A stretch of 64,000 bases of DNA from Cetobacterium sp. (GCA_036667395.1 JAVWUC010000005.1:1870-65869), one strand, 5' to 3'. Numbered from the stretch's first letter, positions 28,567-39,897 are shown. Numbers and translations: made by a program. Notes: generated by a model from the letters alone, not told the origin.

Positions 28567-30456
28567 ATGCAAAATTTTGATGTTATAGTTGTAGGAGCAG
28601 GACACGCAGGATGTGAAGCAGCATTAGCAGCAGCAAGAATGGGTGCGAAGACAGCAATTTTTACAATATTATTAGATAATATTGGATATATGTCATGTAA
28701 CCCATCACTTGGAGGTCCAGCTAAGTCTCACCTAGTAAAAGAAGTGGATGCTTTAGGTGGAGAGATGGGAAGAAATATAGATAAAACATTTATCCAAATA
28801 AGAGTTTTAAATACAAAAAAAGGTCCGGCTGTTAGATCTTTAAGAGCACAGGCTGATAAAGTAAATTACAGCAAAGAGATGAAAAAAACTCTAGAAAATA
28901 CTGAAAATTTAGATGTTATTCAAGGAATGGTAACAGAGCTTGTTATTGAAGATGGTAAAGTTATAGGTGTAAAAATAAAAGAGGGTGTAGAATATAGAGC
29001 TAAAGCGGTTGTTATTGCTACAGGAACTTTTATGAGAGGACTTATCCACATAGGAGAAAAGCAATTCCAAGGTGGAAGAATGGGAGAGCTATCTTCTGAA
29101 GAGTTGCCGTTGTCATTATTAGAAGCAGGTTTAAAGCTAGGAAGATTTAAAACTGGAACACCCCCTAGAATAGATGCTAGAACAATAGATTATTCAAAAG
29201 TAGAGATTCAACCTGGGGATGAAGGAGTTCTTAAATTTTCAAGTAGAACAACACCTGAAGAGATATTAAGTAGAAAACAAATTCCTTGTCATATGGTATT
29301 TACCAACCAAGGAGTTCATGATACAATAATCTCAAATAAAGATAGATCGCCACTATTTAATGGAACAATCCAAGGAACAGGTCCAAGATATTGCCCATCT
29401 ATTGAGGATAAAGTTTTTAGATATCCAGATAAAGATAGACATCATTTATTTTTAGAAAAAGAAGGATATGATACAAACGAAGTTTATATCAGTGGATTTT
29501 CTTCATCTCTACCAACAGATGTTCAATACAAGATGTTGAAGGGAATCGAAGGGTTAGAGAATGCTAAAATAATGAGATATGCATATGCAATCGAGTATGA
29601 TTATATAATTCCAGAAGAAATTAAGTATAGCTTAGAGACAAAGAAAGTTGAAAATTTATTTTTAGCTGGACAAATAAATGGGACATCGGGTTATGAAGAA
29701 GCTGGAGCTCAAGGGCTTATAGCGGGGATAAATGCAACTAGAAAAGTTTTTGGAAAAGAGCCAATTATTTTAGATAGAGCAGATTCATACATAGGAACTT
29801 TAATAGACGATTTAGTTTCAAAAGGAACAAACGAGCCATATAGAATGTTCACTGCAAGAAGTGAGTATAGACTAGTTTTAAGAGAGGATAACGCAGATTT
29901 AAGACTATCTAAGTTAGGTTATGAAATAGGGTTAGTTCCTAAAGAAGAATACGCAAGAGTTCAGAAAAAAGAAGCCGATGTTTTAGCTATAATTGAAAAA
30001 TTAGAAAAACAACATGTAGGAAGTAGTAATCCAAGGGTTAATGAAGTTCTATTAAAAGCTAATGAGCCAGAGATAAAATCAGGAATAACTCTTATTGAAC
30101 TATTGAGAAGACCAGAAGTTTTCTATTCAGATATAAAGTATATTTCTGAGTTGATAGAAAAGTTTGACTTAGGAAAATATGATGAGGATACAGAATATCA
30201 AGTAGAGGTTCAAGTTAAGTATTCTGGATATATTCAAAAATCATTAAAAATGATAGAAAAGCATAAAGGTTTAGAAAATAAAAAACTTCCTGAAGATATG
30301 GATTATGACTCTTTAGAGAATATGCCAAAAGAAGCTAAAGATAAATTGAAACAAGTTAGACCATACAATATAGGTCAAGCTTCAAGAATATCAGGAGTTT
30401 CACCAGCGGATATTCAAGTACTTTTGATGTATTTAAAAATGAGGGGAAATAAATAG
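28567..30456 (+). CDS. mnmG: tRNA uridine-5-carboxymethylaminomethyl(34) synthesis enzyme MnmG (GidA)
   Basis: [24 protein letters not shown] motif, and [16 protein letters not shown]. 629 aa. Confidence 0.95.
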   Translation: MQNFDVIVVGAGHAGCEAALAAARMGAKTAIFTILLDNIGYMSCNPSLGGPAKSHLVKEVDALGGEMGRNIDKTFIQIRVLNTKKGPAVRSLRAQADKVNYSKEMKKTLENTENLDVIQGMVTELVIEDGKVIGVKIKEGVEYRAKAVVIATGTFMRGLIHIGEKQFQGGRMGELSSEELPLSLLEAGLKLGRFKTGTPPRIDARTIDYSKVEIQPGDEGVLKFSSRTTPEEILSRKQIPCHMVFTNQGVHDTIISNKDRSPLFNGTIQGTGPRYCPSIEDKVFRYPDKDRHHLFLEKEGYDTNEVYISGFSSSLPTDVQYKMLKGIEGLENAKIMRYAYAIEYDYIIPEEIKYSLETKKVENLFLAGQINGTSGYEEAGAQGLIAGINATRKVFGKEPIILDRADSYIGTLIDDLVSKGTNEPYRMFTARSEYRLVLREDNADLRLSKLGYEIGLVPKEEYARVQKKEADVLAIIEKLEKQHVGSSNPRVNEVLLKANEPEIKSGITLIELLRRPEVFYSDIKYISELIEKFDLGKYDEDTEYQVEVQVKYSGYIQKSLKMIEKHKGLENKKLPEDMDYDSLENMPKEAKDKLKQVRPYNIGQASRISGVSPADIQVLLMYLKMRGNK

Positions 30457-31161
30457 ATGAGAGAGTATTTAATTAACGGAATAAAAAAAATAGGATTAGA
30501 TTATACAGATGAAAAAATTGATAATTTAATAAAATATTTGAAATATTTAATGGAATACAACTCACACACAAACTTAACAGCAATAAGAGATGCTAAAGAT
30601 GCTTTAGAAAAGCATTTTTTAGATTCATTATTACTACAGAAGTTATTGATGGAAAAAAAATGTAAAAAAGCAATAGATATTGGTACAGGGGCAGGTTTTC
30701 CTGGGATGGTATTGGCTATATTCAATCCCAATATAGAGTTTGTACTTATGGACTCTGTTGGAAAGAAAACGATATTTTTACAAAAAGTGAAAGAGTTTTT
30801 AAATTTAGAGAATGTGACAGTTGTCAATTCAAGAGCAGAAGATTATATTAACGATTCGAATAGAGAAAGTTTTGATATAGGGCTTTGCAGAGGTGTCAGT
30901 AAATTAAATGTTATTTTAGAATATATGATTCCTTTCATAAAAATAGATGGTCATTTCTTAGCACAAAAGATGGCTGGAACAGAAGAGGAAGATGAAGCTA
31001 GAACAGCACTAGACATACTGGGAGCTAAAATAGTTACAATTCATAGATACAACTTACCTACTTATGGGGATGAAAGACTAGTTGTAGAGATATTAAAAGA
31101 AAGAACTACTGATAAAAAATATCCAAGAAGAGCGGGAATAGCATTAAAAAAACCGTTATAA
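30457..31161 (+). CDS. rsmG: 16S rRNA (guanine527-N7)-methyltransferase RsmG (GidB)
   Basis: DIGTGAGFPG SAM motif. Starts immediately after the mnmG stop. Confidence 0.9.
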   Translation: MREYLINGIKKIGLDYTDEKIDNLIKYLKYLMEYNSHTNLTAIRDAKDALEKHFLDSLLLQKLLMEKKCKKAIDIGTGAGFPGMVLAIFNPNIEFVLMDSVGKKTIFLQKVKEFLNLENVTVVNSRAEDYINDSNRESFDIGLCRGVSKLNVILEYMIPFIKIDGHFLAQKMAGTEEEDEARTALDILGAKIVTIHRYNLPTYGDERLVVEILKERTTDKKYPRRAGIALKKPL

Positions 31162-31184
31162 ATAAAAAATAGGAGGAAAGAGAT

Positions 31185-34100
31185 ATGAAAATTTTTGAAA
31201 AATACAAAAAACTTACAATCATATCTCTTTCTTTTTTTATTCTTTTGAGTGGAGGCTTGTTGATAAAATATGAACTTCCTAAGATTGTAGAGATTATTTT
31301 AAAAATAGCTGTAGGGCCAACAATTTCGATTCAAGAGATTAAATTTCCAAAATTTGGTGAAATTGATGCAACTGGAGTAGTATTATCTGATAAAAAGAAG
31401 GTTATAGTACAAGCTCCAGAAGTAAAGATAGTATACTCTAAGAATTCTTTAAAACAATTTAGATTAGAAGAGATTCATGTCAATAGACCTTGGGTTCATA
31501 TAGATAGAAAAAATAGTAATGTAAATATAGTTGAAGCGTTTTCAAGTGGAAATAGTCCATCAGACTCGAAAGCTGGAATAGGGGTTCCAATAGATAAAAT
31601 CACTGTAAAGAATGCGAAGCTATTATTTACAGATAAAAGTTATTCTAGAGAGATTGTTAAAAACTTAGCGGATGTCAATGGATTTGTTAGTTTTAATAAA
31701 GAGACAGGAATAGATTTAGAATTTAAAGGGGATTCAAATAAAGAGAAGTATGAATATAGATTTAATAATTTGAATGAACCTTTAGATATGAATATAGTTT
31801 TAAAAAATATTCAAGTTACACCGGAGTTAATTCAATATGGGTATGATGACCCAGAGATAAGTAAGGCGTCAGGATTGTTTAATATGGATTTAACAATAGC
31901 TACAAGAGGACTTATAGGAGAAGCTGAACTAAAGAATGGAAATGTCATATATGATGGATTAGATGGAAATATAGAGGATATAAATGGAAAAATAAAATTT
32001 AAAACAGATAAAATTTTCGTAAATTTTGATTATTTATTAGATAAAAATAAAGGAAAGTTTGATGTTTTTTATTCTGAAAAAGATGGTGTAAAAGTTGAAT
32101 TTAAATTTAAAGATTTGCCATATACAGCTGCAGCAAAATATAAATTATTAGGTGATTTGAAGTTACCTTTAGAAAATTTAAAGTTTTCAAATGTGGATGT
32201 GGGATTATTTTATAAAAAAGAGACTGGATTTAAAGCCGTAGTTGATTATAAGGGAGAAAAATTTGAAACATTAGGTTTAGACATCAATAATTTAAACGGG
32301 AAGGTTATTTTTCAAGATAATATATTGAAATTGACTGGAGATGATATTTCACTATATATTCCTGGTTTAGATTATGAAAAAAAACTTTCTTATGAAACAT
32401 TATTAGATTTAGGTTCAGAGAATTTGAAATTTGATGTTAAAACTAACTATTTAGATTTAAAAGGTATATATGAAAAAAAAGATGGTTTTTTAAAGCTATA
32501 TCAAGACTCAAAACTTGCATTATCCTATAATTTTAATACAAAAAATTTAGAGATTATGGATTTAAAAGCAAAAGACATAATAGGAGATTATGATTTTTTT
32601 ATAAAAGCAAAAGGGGATAAACAGACTATAAAATTTGAAGAGATATCTATGGTTAGTTTAGAAGGGCAAAAGGTATTTTTGGTCAATGGAGACCTAAATA
32701 CAGAAAACCTTAAATATTTTTTTAAAATTCATAGTAGAAACTTAAGAGAAAAAAACTTATTTAAAAAACTTAATGTAGAAAGTAAGTTAGATTTTATTGG
32801 TGAAATAGCAGGAGAAAAAGAAAAATTTATTCTTAGAGGTGTAGCAAAAGATATAAGAATAGAAAATAAAGATATGCTTTTGGATGCATACGCAAATATT
32901 TCATTACTGAATGACAAAGAGCTTGAAGCTCAAATAAACGGAGAGCTTAGAGAGGTAAAATACAAAAAAATTAAAGTTCAAGGGATAAAAATAAACACTA
33001 CTTTAAAAAATAAAAATTTAGAGATATCTGACTTAAGAAATGAAATTTTTAAGGTTTCTGGACAGATTGATTTAGAAGATAAATATTTGGATTTAGATTA
33101 TAATATAAGTGGATTGAAGAGCAGTGAGTTCCAAAAAACAAAAATAGATTTAATATTAGATAATGTCGAAGGGAAAGTCCAAGGAAACTTTGATAATTTA
33201 GTAGCTAATGCCAATATATTAGAAGCTAATTTGGAGATGCCAAATAAACAGCTATTGGCTTTAAAGGGAAAAATCAGCTATGAAGATAATATAGTTTTAG
33301 CTCAAGATTTTAAAGTGAATCAAAGTTTAGGTAAACTTAAATATGATATTAAAGAGAAGAACGGAGAGTTTGTACTTAATATATTAGAAGAAAACTTACC
33401 TAGATATTATAACTATAATTCATTAAAATATAGATTACTTTCTAGAGTTATAGGGAAAATATCGGATGGAGATATATCTGTTAAAGCTGGATTAAATATA
33501 GATAGAGTTTATTTAAATGGAGAACAATTACCTAACTTAGCAGGAGATATAGACTATACTAAAAATAATATAGAAAACAGAATAAATATCCCAAGATTGA
33601 CACTATTAGGCCTAGATGGTAAAAAAATAATAACATCTCAAGGAATGGTTGATTTAATTGAGAATACAGTGGATTATTCTATAGAAAATCAAATAGTAAA
33701 GATTGAAGAATTTAAAGGTATTATAGAAACTAAAGATATGAGTGGAAGTATTGAAATTCAAGGTGGAATAGAAGGAGAGTTAGAAAATCCAAATTATTTT
33801 ATTAAATTATCCAATGGAAATTTTGGAATAAAAGGATTTAAGTTTAACAATATATCATTGGATTTAGATGGAGATAAAAATCAGCTAGAATTAAAAGAAT
33901 TTTTAGCATATTATGAAAAAAATGAGATAAAAGGATCTGGAACATATAATTTCTCTAGTCAGAAATATGCATTTGATCTATTTTCAAATAATATAGATTT
34001 AAGTTTTTTAAATGCTATTTTTTCGAAGGATGATGTTCAAAATATAAGCGGAATTGCAAATTTTGATTTAAAAATTTCGAGTGATTTAAAAGATAATTTT

Positions 34101-35525
34101 GGTTATATCGATTTGGAAAATATAAATTTTACAATTCCAAAAGCATTGATAACATTGAAAAATTTTAATATGGAATTGGGTATAAATGATGAGAACTTAT
34201 CTGTAAAAGGGATAAGTGGATATTTAAATAATGGAAAAGTAGCGGGTAAGGGTTATGTTAAATTACCTTCTATTGACGAAATTAAAACAAATGATGAATT
34301 TTATAAAGAGTTAGAGTATGCATTTGATCTTAGTTTAGAAAATTTTATATATGAAATGAAAAACTTTTTTAAGATAGATTTATCAACACATTTGGTTTAT
34401 TCAGAGAATAAAGTTTCAGGAAACATTGTTGTAAATAAGGGTGAAATAACTGGAATCTTAAAAGAGGATAAAGGTCTTATTATTACAATTTTGAATTTCA
34501 TAATAGATAAAACAAGATCCCTTATTGGTGAAAGTAAAAAGCTTGGTAAAGATTTTGAAATAAAAAATCCAATAGAACAAACTCCGGAATTTAATGTAGG
34601 AGTTTTAATAAAGGATGGGATAGATATAAATATTCCAGATATTTCAACTTTTGCTCAGGATGTGCAAGGAAAACTGTTGGGTAGATTTAATGTAGTAGGA
34701 AAAAATGAAAAAATAGCTGCAATTGGGGAGTTAGAGATTCAAAAGGGAAAATTTGTTTTAGGAAGTGAAGATTTTACTGTAACAAGAGCATTACTACTTT
34801 CAGATAAGAGAAATGGTTATTTAGCAGACTTTAATCCCAATTTAATTTTTGATGTTTCTTCTATGAGTTCTAGCGGAAATATAGAAATTTCTTTACAAGG
34901 AGAGCTAAATAGTTTAAGATTAAACATAATAACAAATCAAGGGACACAGAGTAGTAGCTTGAAAAACTTATTTGATGGGAATACTGGTGAGAATGGAAAT
35001 GAAAGAAACGTTGTAGCACTTCTATTCAAAACGATAATAGATAGTCAAATTTCTAGTACTCTTTTGAGACCGATATCAAGAACAATAAAGGACACACTGC
35101 ATATATCTAAATTTAGAATTGTATCAGATATTTTTAACCAAGAAGTATTAGCAAATTCAGAGGATCCGAAAATGCAGGATCCGAATATGTTTGGATTTGG
35201 AGCTTATCTTGAAGCGGAAAATCCGATATATAAAGATAAATATTTTTGGATTTTAAAATTAGGAATTATAGATGGAACCAAGTATGATATAGGTGGAGAT
35301 GGTGGTGAAAATCAACAAGGAGAGTTTTCGAACTCTGTAAATCAATTTGATTTTAAAATTGAAAGACGTTATCAATCAGGTTGGTCTTATGGTACTGGTG
35401 TTTCAAAGTTAAATGAAGCAAACATGGTCGATAACAAGAAAAAGGGAAATTTAAATTATTATGTTGATTTTAAGTTTGAAAAAAAATATAATAGCATAAA
35501 GGATATTTTTTCTAATAAAAAATAA
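31185..35525 (+). CDS. tamB: TamB/AsmA-like giant envelope-spanning protein (translocation and assembly module subunit B-like)
   Basis: 1446 aa with a single N-terminal TM anchor and long beta-rich repetitive sequence. The C-terminal region is in the position of DUF490. It lies directly upstream of bamA-skp-lpxD. Confidence 0.7.
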   Translation: MKIFEKYKKLTIISLSFFILLSGGLLIKYELPKIVEIILKIAVGPTISIQEIKFPKFGEIDATGVVLSDKKKVIVQAPEVKIVYSKNSLKQFRLEEIHVNRPWVHIDRKNSNVNIVEAFSSGNSPSDSKAGIGVPIDKITVKNAKLLFTDKSYSREIVKNLADVNGFVSFNKETGIDLEFKGDSNKEKYEYRFNNLNEPLDMNIVLKNIQVTPELIQYGYDDPEISKASGLFNMDLTIATRGLIGEAELKNGNVIYDGLDGNIEDINGKIKFKTDKIFVNFDYLLDKNKGKFDVFYSEKDGVKVEFKFKDLPYTAAAKYKLLGDLKLPLENLKFSNVDVGLFYKKETGFKAVVDYKGEKFETLGLDINNLNGKVIFQDNILKLTGDDISLYIPGLDYEKKLSYETLLDLGSENLKFDVKTNYLDLKGIYEKKDGFLKLYQDSKLALSYNFNTKNLEIMDLKAKDIIGDYDFFIKAKGDKQTIKFEEISMVSLEGQKVFLVNGDLNTENLKYFFKIHSRNLREKNLFKKLNVESKLDFIGEIAGEKEKFILRGVAKDIRIENKDMLLDAYANISLLNDKELEAQINGELREVKYKKIKVQGIKINTTLKNKNLEISDLRNEIFKVSGQIDLEDKYLDLDYNISGLKSSEFQKTKIDLILDNVEGKVQGNFDNLVANANILEANLEMPNKQLLALKGKISYEDNIVLAQDFKVNQSLGKLKYDIKEKNGEFVLNILEENLPRYYNYNSLKYRLLSRVIGKISDGDISVKAGLNIDRVYLNGEQLPNLAGDIDYTKNNIENRINIPRLTLLGLDGKKIITSQGMVDLIENTVDYSIENQIVKIEEFKGIIETKDMSGSIEIQGGIEGELENPNYFIKLSNGNFGIKGFKFNNISLDLDGDKNQLELKEFLAYYEKNEIKGSGTYNFSSQKYAFDLFSNNIDLSFLNAIFSKDDVQNISGIANFDLKISSDLKDNFGYIDLENINFTIPKALITLKNFNMELGINDENLSVKGISGYLNNGKVAGKGYVKLPSIDEIKTNDEFYKELEYAFDLSLENFIYEMKNFFKIDLSTHLVYSENKVSGNIVVNKGEITGILKEDKGLIITILNFIIDKTRSLIGESKKLGKDFEIKNPIEQTPEFNVGVLIKDGIDINIPDISTFAQDVQGKLLGRFNVVGKNEKIAAIGELEIQKGKFVLGSEDFTVTRALLLSDKRNGYLADFNPNLIFDVSSMSSSGNIEISLQGELNSLRLNIITNQGTQSSSLKNLFDGNTGENGNERNVVALLFKTIIDSQISSTLLRPISRTIKDTLHISKFRIVSDIFNQEVLANSEDPKMQDPNMFGFGAYLEAENPIYKDKYFWILKLGIIDGTKYDIGGDGGENQQGEFSNSVNQFDFKIERRYQSGWSYGTGVSKLNEANMVDNKKKGNLNYYVDFKFEKKYNSIKDIFSNKK

Positions 35526-35542
35526 TTGGAGGGCAAGTCGGG

Positions 35543-37612
35543 ATGAGAAAGCACCTAATAGGATTAGTATCTCTTATAGCTTCAGTCGTTTCGTTTGGAG
35601 CAGAAGGAGAATATTTAGTAAAAGGGGTAGAGTTTAGGAATTTAAATGAGATACCTCAAGATGTATTAATACAACAAATGAGTTTAAAAAAAGGACAAAT
35701 ATTCTCAACAGAAGGATTATTAAGAGATTACAACAATATAAAAAAGAGTGATTATATCGATGAGTTAGCAATATATCCGCAAGTTTATGATGGGGGAATA
35801 AAGTTAGTTGTAGATGTAAAGGAAAAGAAGGATACAAAAGAATTGCTTGAAAAGAAGGGAATCATACCATCTTCAGAAAGAGAAAAAGTTGATACTTCTT
35901 TAATTGTTTCAAGTTTAGAAATAATAGGTAGCGTTAATGTTCCTGTAAATGATGTTGCAAAAAGAATTCCAATTAAAGCGGGTGGATATTTTTCAAAAAA
36001 TAAAATTTTAAAAGGGCAAAGAGAACTTTTAGAAACAGGTATGTATAGAGAAGTTATACCAGATGTATACCAATATCCAGAAGGATTGGTTGTTGTGTAT
36101 TCTGTAATTGAAAATCCAATTATAAATGGAATAACAATAACAGGGAATACTAAGTATTCAACAGAGGAACTTAAAAAACTTATAAATATAGAGCCTGGAA
36201 AGGTTTTAAATTTAAATAACTTAAGAGATGCAAGAGATAAAATCTTGAAAAAATATAATGAAGATGGATATGTTTTAGCTGAAATCCAAGATATTGATTT
36301 AAGTGGGGCTAATGATCTACAAATCGTAATCAACGAAGGTGTGGTTGATCAAATTGATTTCACTAAAATGGTTACAAAACAAAAAGGGCAAAGAAGAAAA
36401 GCTACGGATAATCTTTTAAAAACAAGAGATTATGTAATAGAGAGAGAAATCGAGATTAAACCAGGTGAAGTATTTAATATCAACGACTATAATGAAACTG
36501 TCTCTAACCTTATGAGAACAGGATATTTCAAAAATGTTAAATATGAAACAAAGAGTGCACAAGGACAAGATAACGGAGTAGATTTAGTTCTTCTTATAGA
36601 AGAGGAGAGAACAGCAACTCTACAGGGAGCGATTTCATATGGTTCTGAGATCGGTCTTTTGGGAATGTTATCAGTAAAAGATATGAACTGGAAAGGAAAA
36701 GGACAAGAGTTAGGTGTGACATTTGAAAAATCAGATGAAAACTATACGAGTTTCTCACTTAATTTCTCTGATCCATGGATAAAAGGAACAGATAGAATCT
36801 CTTGGGGTTGGAGTCTTTATAAAAATGAATATGAAAATAGCGACAGTATTTTATTCAATGAAACAGATACTTATGGAGCTAAATTAAATATAGGAAAAGG
36901 ATTAAGCAAAAATCTAAGACTAGGAATAGGAACAAAGGCTGAGTATATAACAGAGAAAGCAGATGACGATGAATTATTAAATTACCCAGATTTACTTTCT
37001 AAGTGGGGAGATAAAAGAAGTTATGGAGTTTTCAGTATCTATCCATCGATAGTTTATGATACAAGAAATAACTACTGGAATCCAACTGCAGGTTGGTATG
37101 GAAAATATCAAGTAGAAGTAGGATATGCTGATACGATAGATTCAGGAACTTTTGCTAATACAACTTTAGAATTAAGAAAATATCATAGAGGATTATTTAA
37201 AAGTAATACTTTTGCATATAGAGCTGTTGGAGGGATAATGACTCCTACAACACCTGAATCTCAAAGATTCTGGGTAGGTGGAGGAAGCACTTTAAGAGGA
37301 TATGATGGTGGATTCTACCAAGGAACTCAAAAGCTAACAGGAACAATAGAGAATAGAACTCAAATAAATGATGTTTTAGGATTTGTTGTGTTCTCTGATG
37401 TAGGAAGAGCTTGGGATTACCAAGGAGAAGATCCGGGATATTTAAATGAAAAAAGAGATCAAAAATTCCCAGACGATGTAGCAACAACAGTTGGGGTAGG
37501 TTTAAGAGTAAACACACCAGTTGGACCATTAAGATTTGACTTTGGATGGCCGGTAGGTAATTCTGAAGAAAGTGGAATGAAATTCTACTTCAATATGGGA
37601 CAATCGTTCTAA
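35543..37612 (+). CDS. bamA: Outer membrane protein assembly factor BamA (Omp85 family)
   Basis: Signal peptide, POTRA-like repeats, and a C-terminal Omp85 barrel with VGGGSTLRGY and a terminal aromatic beta-signal (FNMGQSF). Confidence 0.9.
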   Translation: MRKHLIGLVSLIASVVSFGAEGEYLVKGVEFRNLNEIPQDVLIQQMSLKKGQIFSTEGLLRDYNNIKKSDYIDELAIYPQVYDGGIKLVVDVKEKKDTKELLEKKGIIPSSEREKVDTSLIVSSLEIIGSVNVPVNDVAKRIPIKAGGYFSKNKILKGQRELLETGMYREVIPDVYQYPEGLVVVYSVIENPIINGITITGNTKYSTEELKKLINIEPGKVLNLNNLRDARDKILKKYNEDGYVLAEIQDIDLSGANDLQIVINEGVVDQIDFTKMVTKQKGQRRKATDNLLKTRDYVIEREIEIKPGEVFNINDYNETVSNLMRTGYFKNVKYETKSAQGQDNGVDLVLLIEEERTATLQGAISYGSEIGLLGMLSVKDMNWKGKGQELGVTFEKSDENYTSFSLNFSDPWIKGTDRISWGWSLYKNEYENSDSILFNETDTYGAKLNIGKGLSKNLRLGIGTKAEYITEKADDDELLNYPDLLSKWGDKRSYGVFSIYPSIVYDTRNNYWNPTAGWYGKYQVEVGYADTIDSGTFANTTLELRKYHRGLFKSNTFAYRAVGGIMTPTTPESQRFWVGGGSTLRGYDGGFYQGTQKLTGTIENRTQINDVLGFVVFSDVGRAWDYQGEDPGYLNEKRDQKFPDDVATTVGVGLRVNTPVGPLRFDFGWPVGNSEESGMKFYFNMGQSF

Positions 37613-37641
37613 TAAAATTTTAAGTATATGGAGGAATTAAA

Positions 37642-38136
37642 ATGAAGAAAATAGCAATGATAGCTATGCTAGCAGCGTTATCAACATCAGCGTTCGCATT
37701 AAAAGTAGGATATGTAAATAGCCAAGAGTTATTTGCAAAGTATTCTCAAACTAAGATTTTAAGAGACAATTTAACAAAAGAAAAACAGAAATTAGAGTCT
37801 ACTTTACAGAAGAAAGAGATTGAACTTCAAAAACTTCAAGTTGAATTACAAGGAAAAGGTAAAGATGTAACTGAAGCTGAAAAAAAGGCTTTTGAAGATA
37901 AAGTAACAGCTTTCCAAAAATCTGTAAGAGAATCTCAAGCAAAATTATCAAATGAAGAAGCAAAAAAAATGCAAGAAATAGATAGACTTATAAACATATC
38001 TATTCAAAATGTAGCTAGATCAGAAAAATATGACTATGTTTTAGAGCAAGGAGCAATAAAATTTGGTGGAGAAAATATAACTCCTAAAGTTTTAAATGTT
38101 ATGGAAAAAAGTAAAAAAATAGATACAAAAAATTAA
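37642..38136 (+). CDS. skp: OmpH/Skp family periplasmic chaperone
   Basis: 164 aa with a signal peptide and a coiled-coil-rich Lys/Glu/Gln sequence, in the position between bamA and lpxD. Confidence 0.85.
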   Translation: MKKIAMIAMLAALSTSAFALKVGYVNSQELFAKYSQTKILRDNLTKEKQKLESTLQKKEIELQKLQVELQGKGKDVTEAEKKAFEDKVTAFQKSVRESQAKLSNEEAKKMQEIDRLINISIQNVARSEKYDYVLEQGAIKFGGENITPKVLNVMEKSKKIDTKN

Positions 38137-38157
38137 AGAATAAATTAAGGGAGAGAT

Positions 38158-39156
38158 ATGACTTATAATATAAATGAGTTAGCTTCTCTACTTGGATGTG
38201 AGATTAAGGGAGATACTAGTTTGGAAATTTCTGGACTAGCTCCCTTTTTTCAAGCCCAAGAAGGAAGTTTAACATTCGCATCTGATGAAAAATTTTTAAA
38301 AAAACTAAATGAAACAAAGGCGAGTGCTGTACTTGTACCTATGGGGATTGATTTACCTAAAAATGGAAAAACATATCTTTTAGTTACAGAAAATCCAAGA
38401 ACACTGATGCCAAAACTTTTAGGTTTTTTCAAAAAGAAGTTGAAAAAAATGGAGAATATGATTGAAAAATCATCTATAATTGGAGAGGGAACAGAAATAC
38501 CTTTAAATTCATATATAGGCCATGATGTAGTTATTGGAAAAAATGTAAAAATATACCCAAATGTAACGATATGTGAGGGTGTTGAGATAGGTGATGACAC
38601 AGTTATTTACCCGAACGTAACAATTAGAGAGTTCTCTAAAATTGGAAGAGGATGTGTATTACAACCAGGAGCTGTAATAGGGTCAGATGGATTTGGCTTT
38701 GTTAAAGTGAATGGGAATAATACTAAAATTGACCAAATAGGAAGTGTTGTATTGGAAGATTTTGTAGAGATTGGTGCAAATACAACAGTTGATAGAGGTG
38801 CTATTGGAGATACTGTTATAAAAAAATATACAAAGATAGATAATCTAGTTCAAGTAGCTCATAATGATATAATTGGAGAAAATTGTTTGATTATTTCTCA
38901 AGTTGGAATAGCCGGAAGTACTGAAATAGGAAATAATACTACTATCGGAGGCCAAGTTGGAATAGGAGGACATATAAAAATAGGAAGCAATGTAATGGTT
39001 GGAGCTAAATCTGGAATAATTGGAGATGTAGCGGATAATCAAGTAGTTGCAGGTCATCCTTTAGTTAATTTAAAAGATGATTTAAGAATAAAAGCAGCAC
39101 AAAAAAAATTACCTGAATTATTAAAAAGAGTTAAAGAATTAGAAAAAAAATATTAG
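38158..39156 (+). CDS. lpxD: UDP-3-O-acylglucosamine N-acyltransferase
   Basis: LpxD N-terminal domain followed by extended hexapeptide (LbH) repeats and a C-terminal helix. 332 aa. Confidence 0.9.
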   Translation: MTYNINELASLLGCEIKGDTSLEISGLAPFFQAQEGSLTFASDEKFLKKLNETKASAVLVPMGIDLPKNGKTYLLVTENPRTLMPKLLGFFKKKLKKMENMIEKSSIIGEGTEIPLNSYIGHDVVIGKNVKIYPNVTICEGVEIGDDTVIYPNVTIREFSKIGRGCVLQPGAVIGSDGFGFVKVNGNNTKIDQIGSVVLEDFVEIGANTTVDRGAIGDTVIKKYTKIDNLVQVAHNDIIGENCLIISQVGIAGSTEIGNNTTIGGQVGIGGHIKIGSNVMVGAKSGIIGDVADNQVVAGHPLVNLKDDLRIKAAQKKLPELLKRVKELEKKY

Positions 39157-39162
39157 AAAAAA

Positions 39163-39206
39163 ATCTAAAAGAGTTGAAAAAATTCTTTTAGATTTTTTAT
39201 TTTTTT
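39163..39206 (+). terminator. Intrinsic terminator after lpxD
   Basis: ATCTAAAAGA / TCTTTTAGAT stem (AT-rich) with an 11-nt loop, followed by TTTTTATTTTTT. Confidence 0.6.
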
Positions 39207-39275
39207 CAAGAAAGGTATTTAATTTAAGGGTGTAACATGATACAATATATAAAATAAAAAAAATGAGGTAACTAA

Positions 39276-39863
39276 ATGAAAAAGAGAATATTTTTTGATA
39301 AGTGTGAGGAGATGAGATTTATTTCTCACCTAGATATGCTTAGATTTGCAGATAGATTATTAAAAAAAGCTCACATACCTATGAAATATAGTCAGGGATT
39401 TCATCCTAGACCAAAAATTTCACTAGGGAATCCTGTGTCCTTAGGAACAGAAGCTTATGGTGAGATTATGGATATAGAGCTGTCAGAAATGATATCAAAT
39501 GAAGAGGTAATGTCTAGAATGAACAGCGCAGCAGTTCCAGGATTCTCTGTAAAAAAGGTAGAAACAATTGAGGATAAGAGAAGTATAGTAGATATTTACA
39601 CAAATGCTATCTTTGAAATTAGTGGAAGAAAAGAAGATATAGATAAACTAGAAGAGCTTTTCAATAGAGATGAAATTATAGAAGTAAAGGAAAAAAAAGG
39701 AAAGGTTTCTGAAAGAAATCTAGGGGAAAGAGTAAAAGATTTTTCAAGAGAAGGGAATACTATAAAATTAGAACTGGTTAATACTTCACCAAATTCATTT
39801 TTGATTTTAGCTGAAGTGGATGTTAAAGATGTTCATATAGTAAAAAAAGGGTATAAAATATAA
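39276..39863 (+). CDS. DUF2344 / TIGR03936-type 'radical SAM-linked' protein
   Basis: MRFISHLDMLRFADRLLKKAHIPMKYSQGFHPRPKISLGNPVSLG matches my recollection of the family N-terminus. 195 aa. Confidence 0.65.
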   Translation: MKKRIFFDKCEEMRFISHLDMLRFADRLLKKAHIPMKYSQGFHPRPKISLGNPVSLGTEAYGEIMDIELSEMISNEEVMSRMNSAAVPGFSVKKVETIEDKRSIVDIYTNAIFEISGRKEDIDKLEELFNRDEIIEVKEKKGKVSERNLGERVKDFSREGNTIKLELVNTSPNSFLILAEVDVKDVHIVKKGYKI

Positions 39864-39897
39864 CAAATATATAAATTAAGTATAAAGGAGAAGAGCT

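Noticed and set aside
29042-29050. A perfect DnaA-box 9-mer (TTATCCACA) inside mnmG, in a gidA-gidB context that is often origin-proximal.
   Set aside because: It is a single box inside a coding sequence. There is no cluster of boxes, no AT-rich unwinding element in a non-coding gap, and no dnaA, dnaN or parAB nearby. One occurrence in 64 kb is compatible with chance.
39864-39897. A T-box leader upstream of serS.
   Set aside because: Only 34 nt separate serS from the preceding gene, which is far too short for a T-box.
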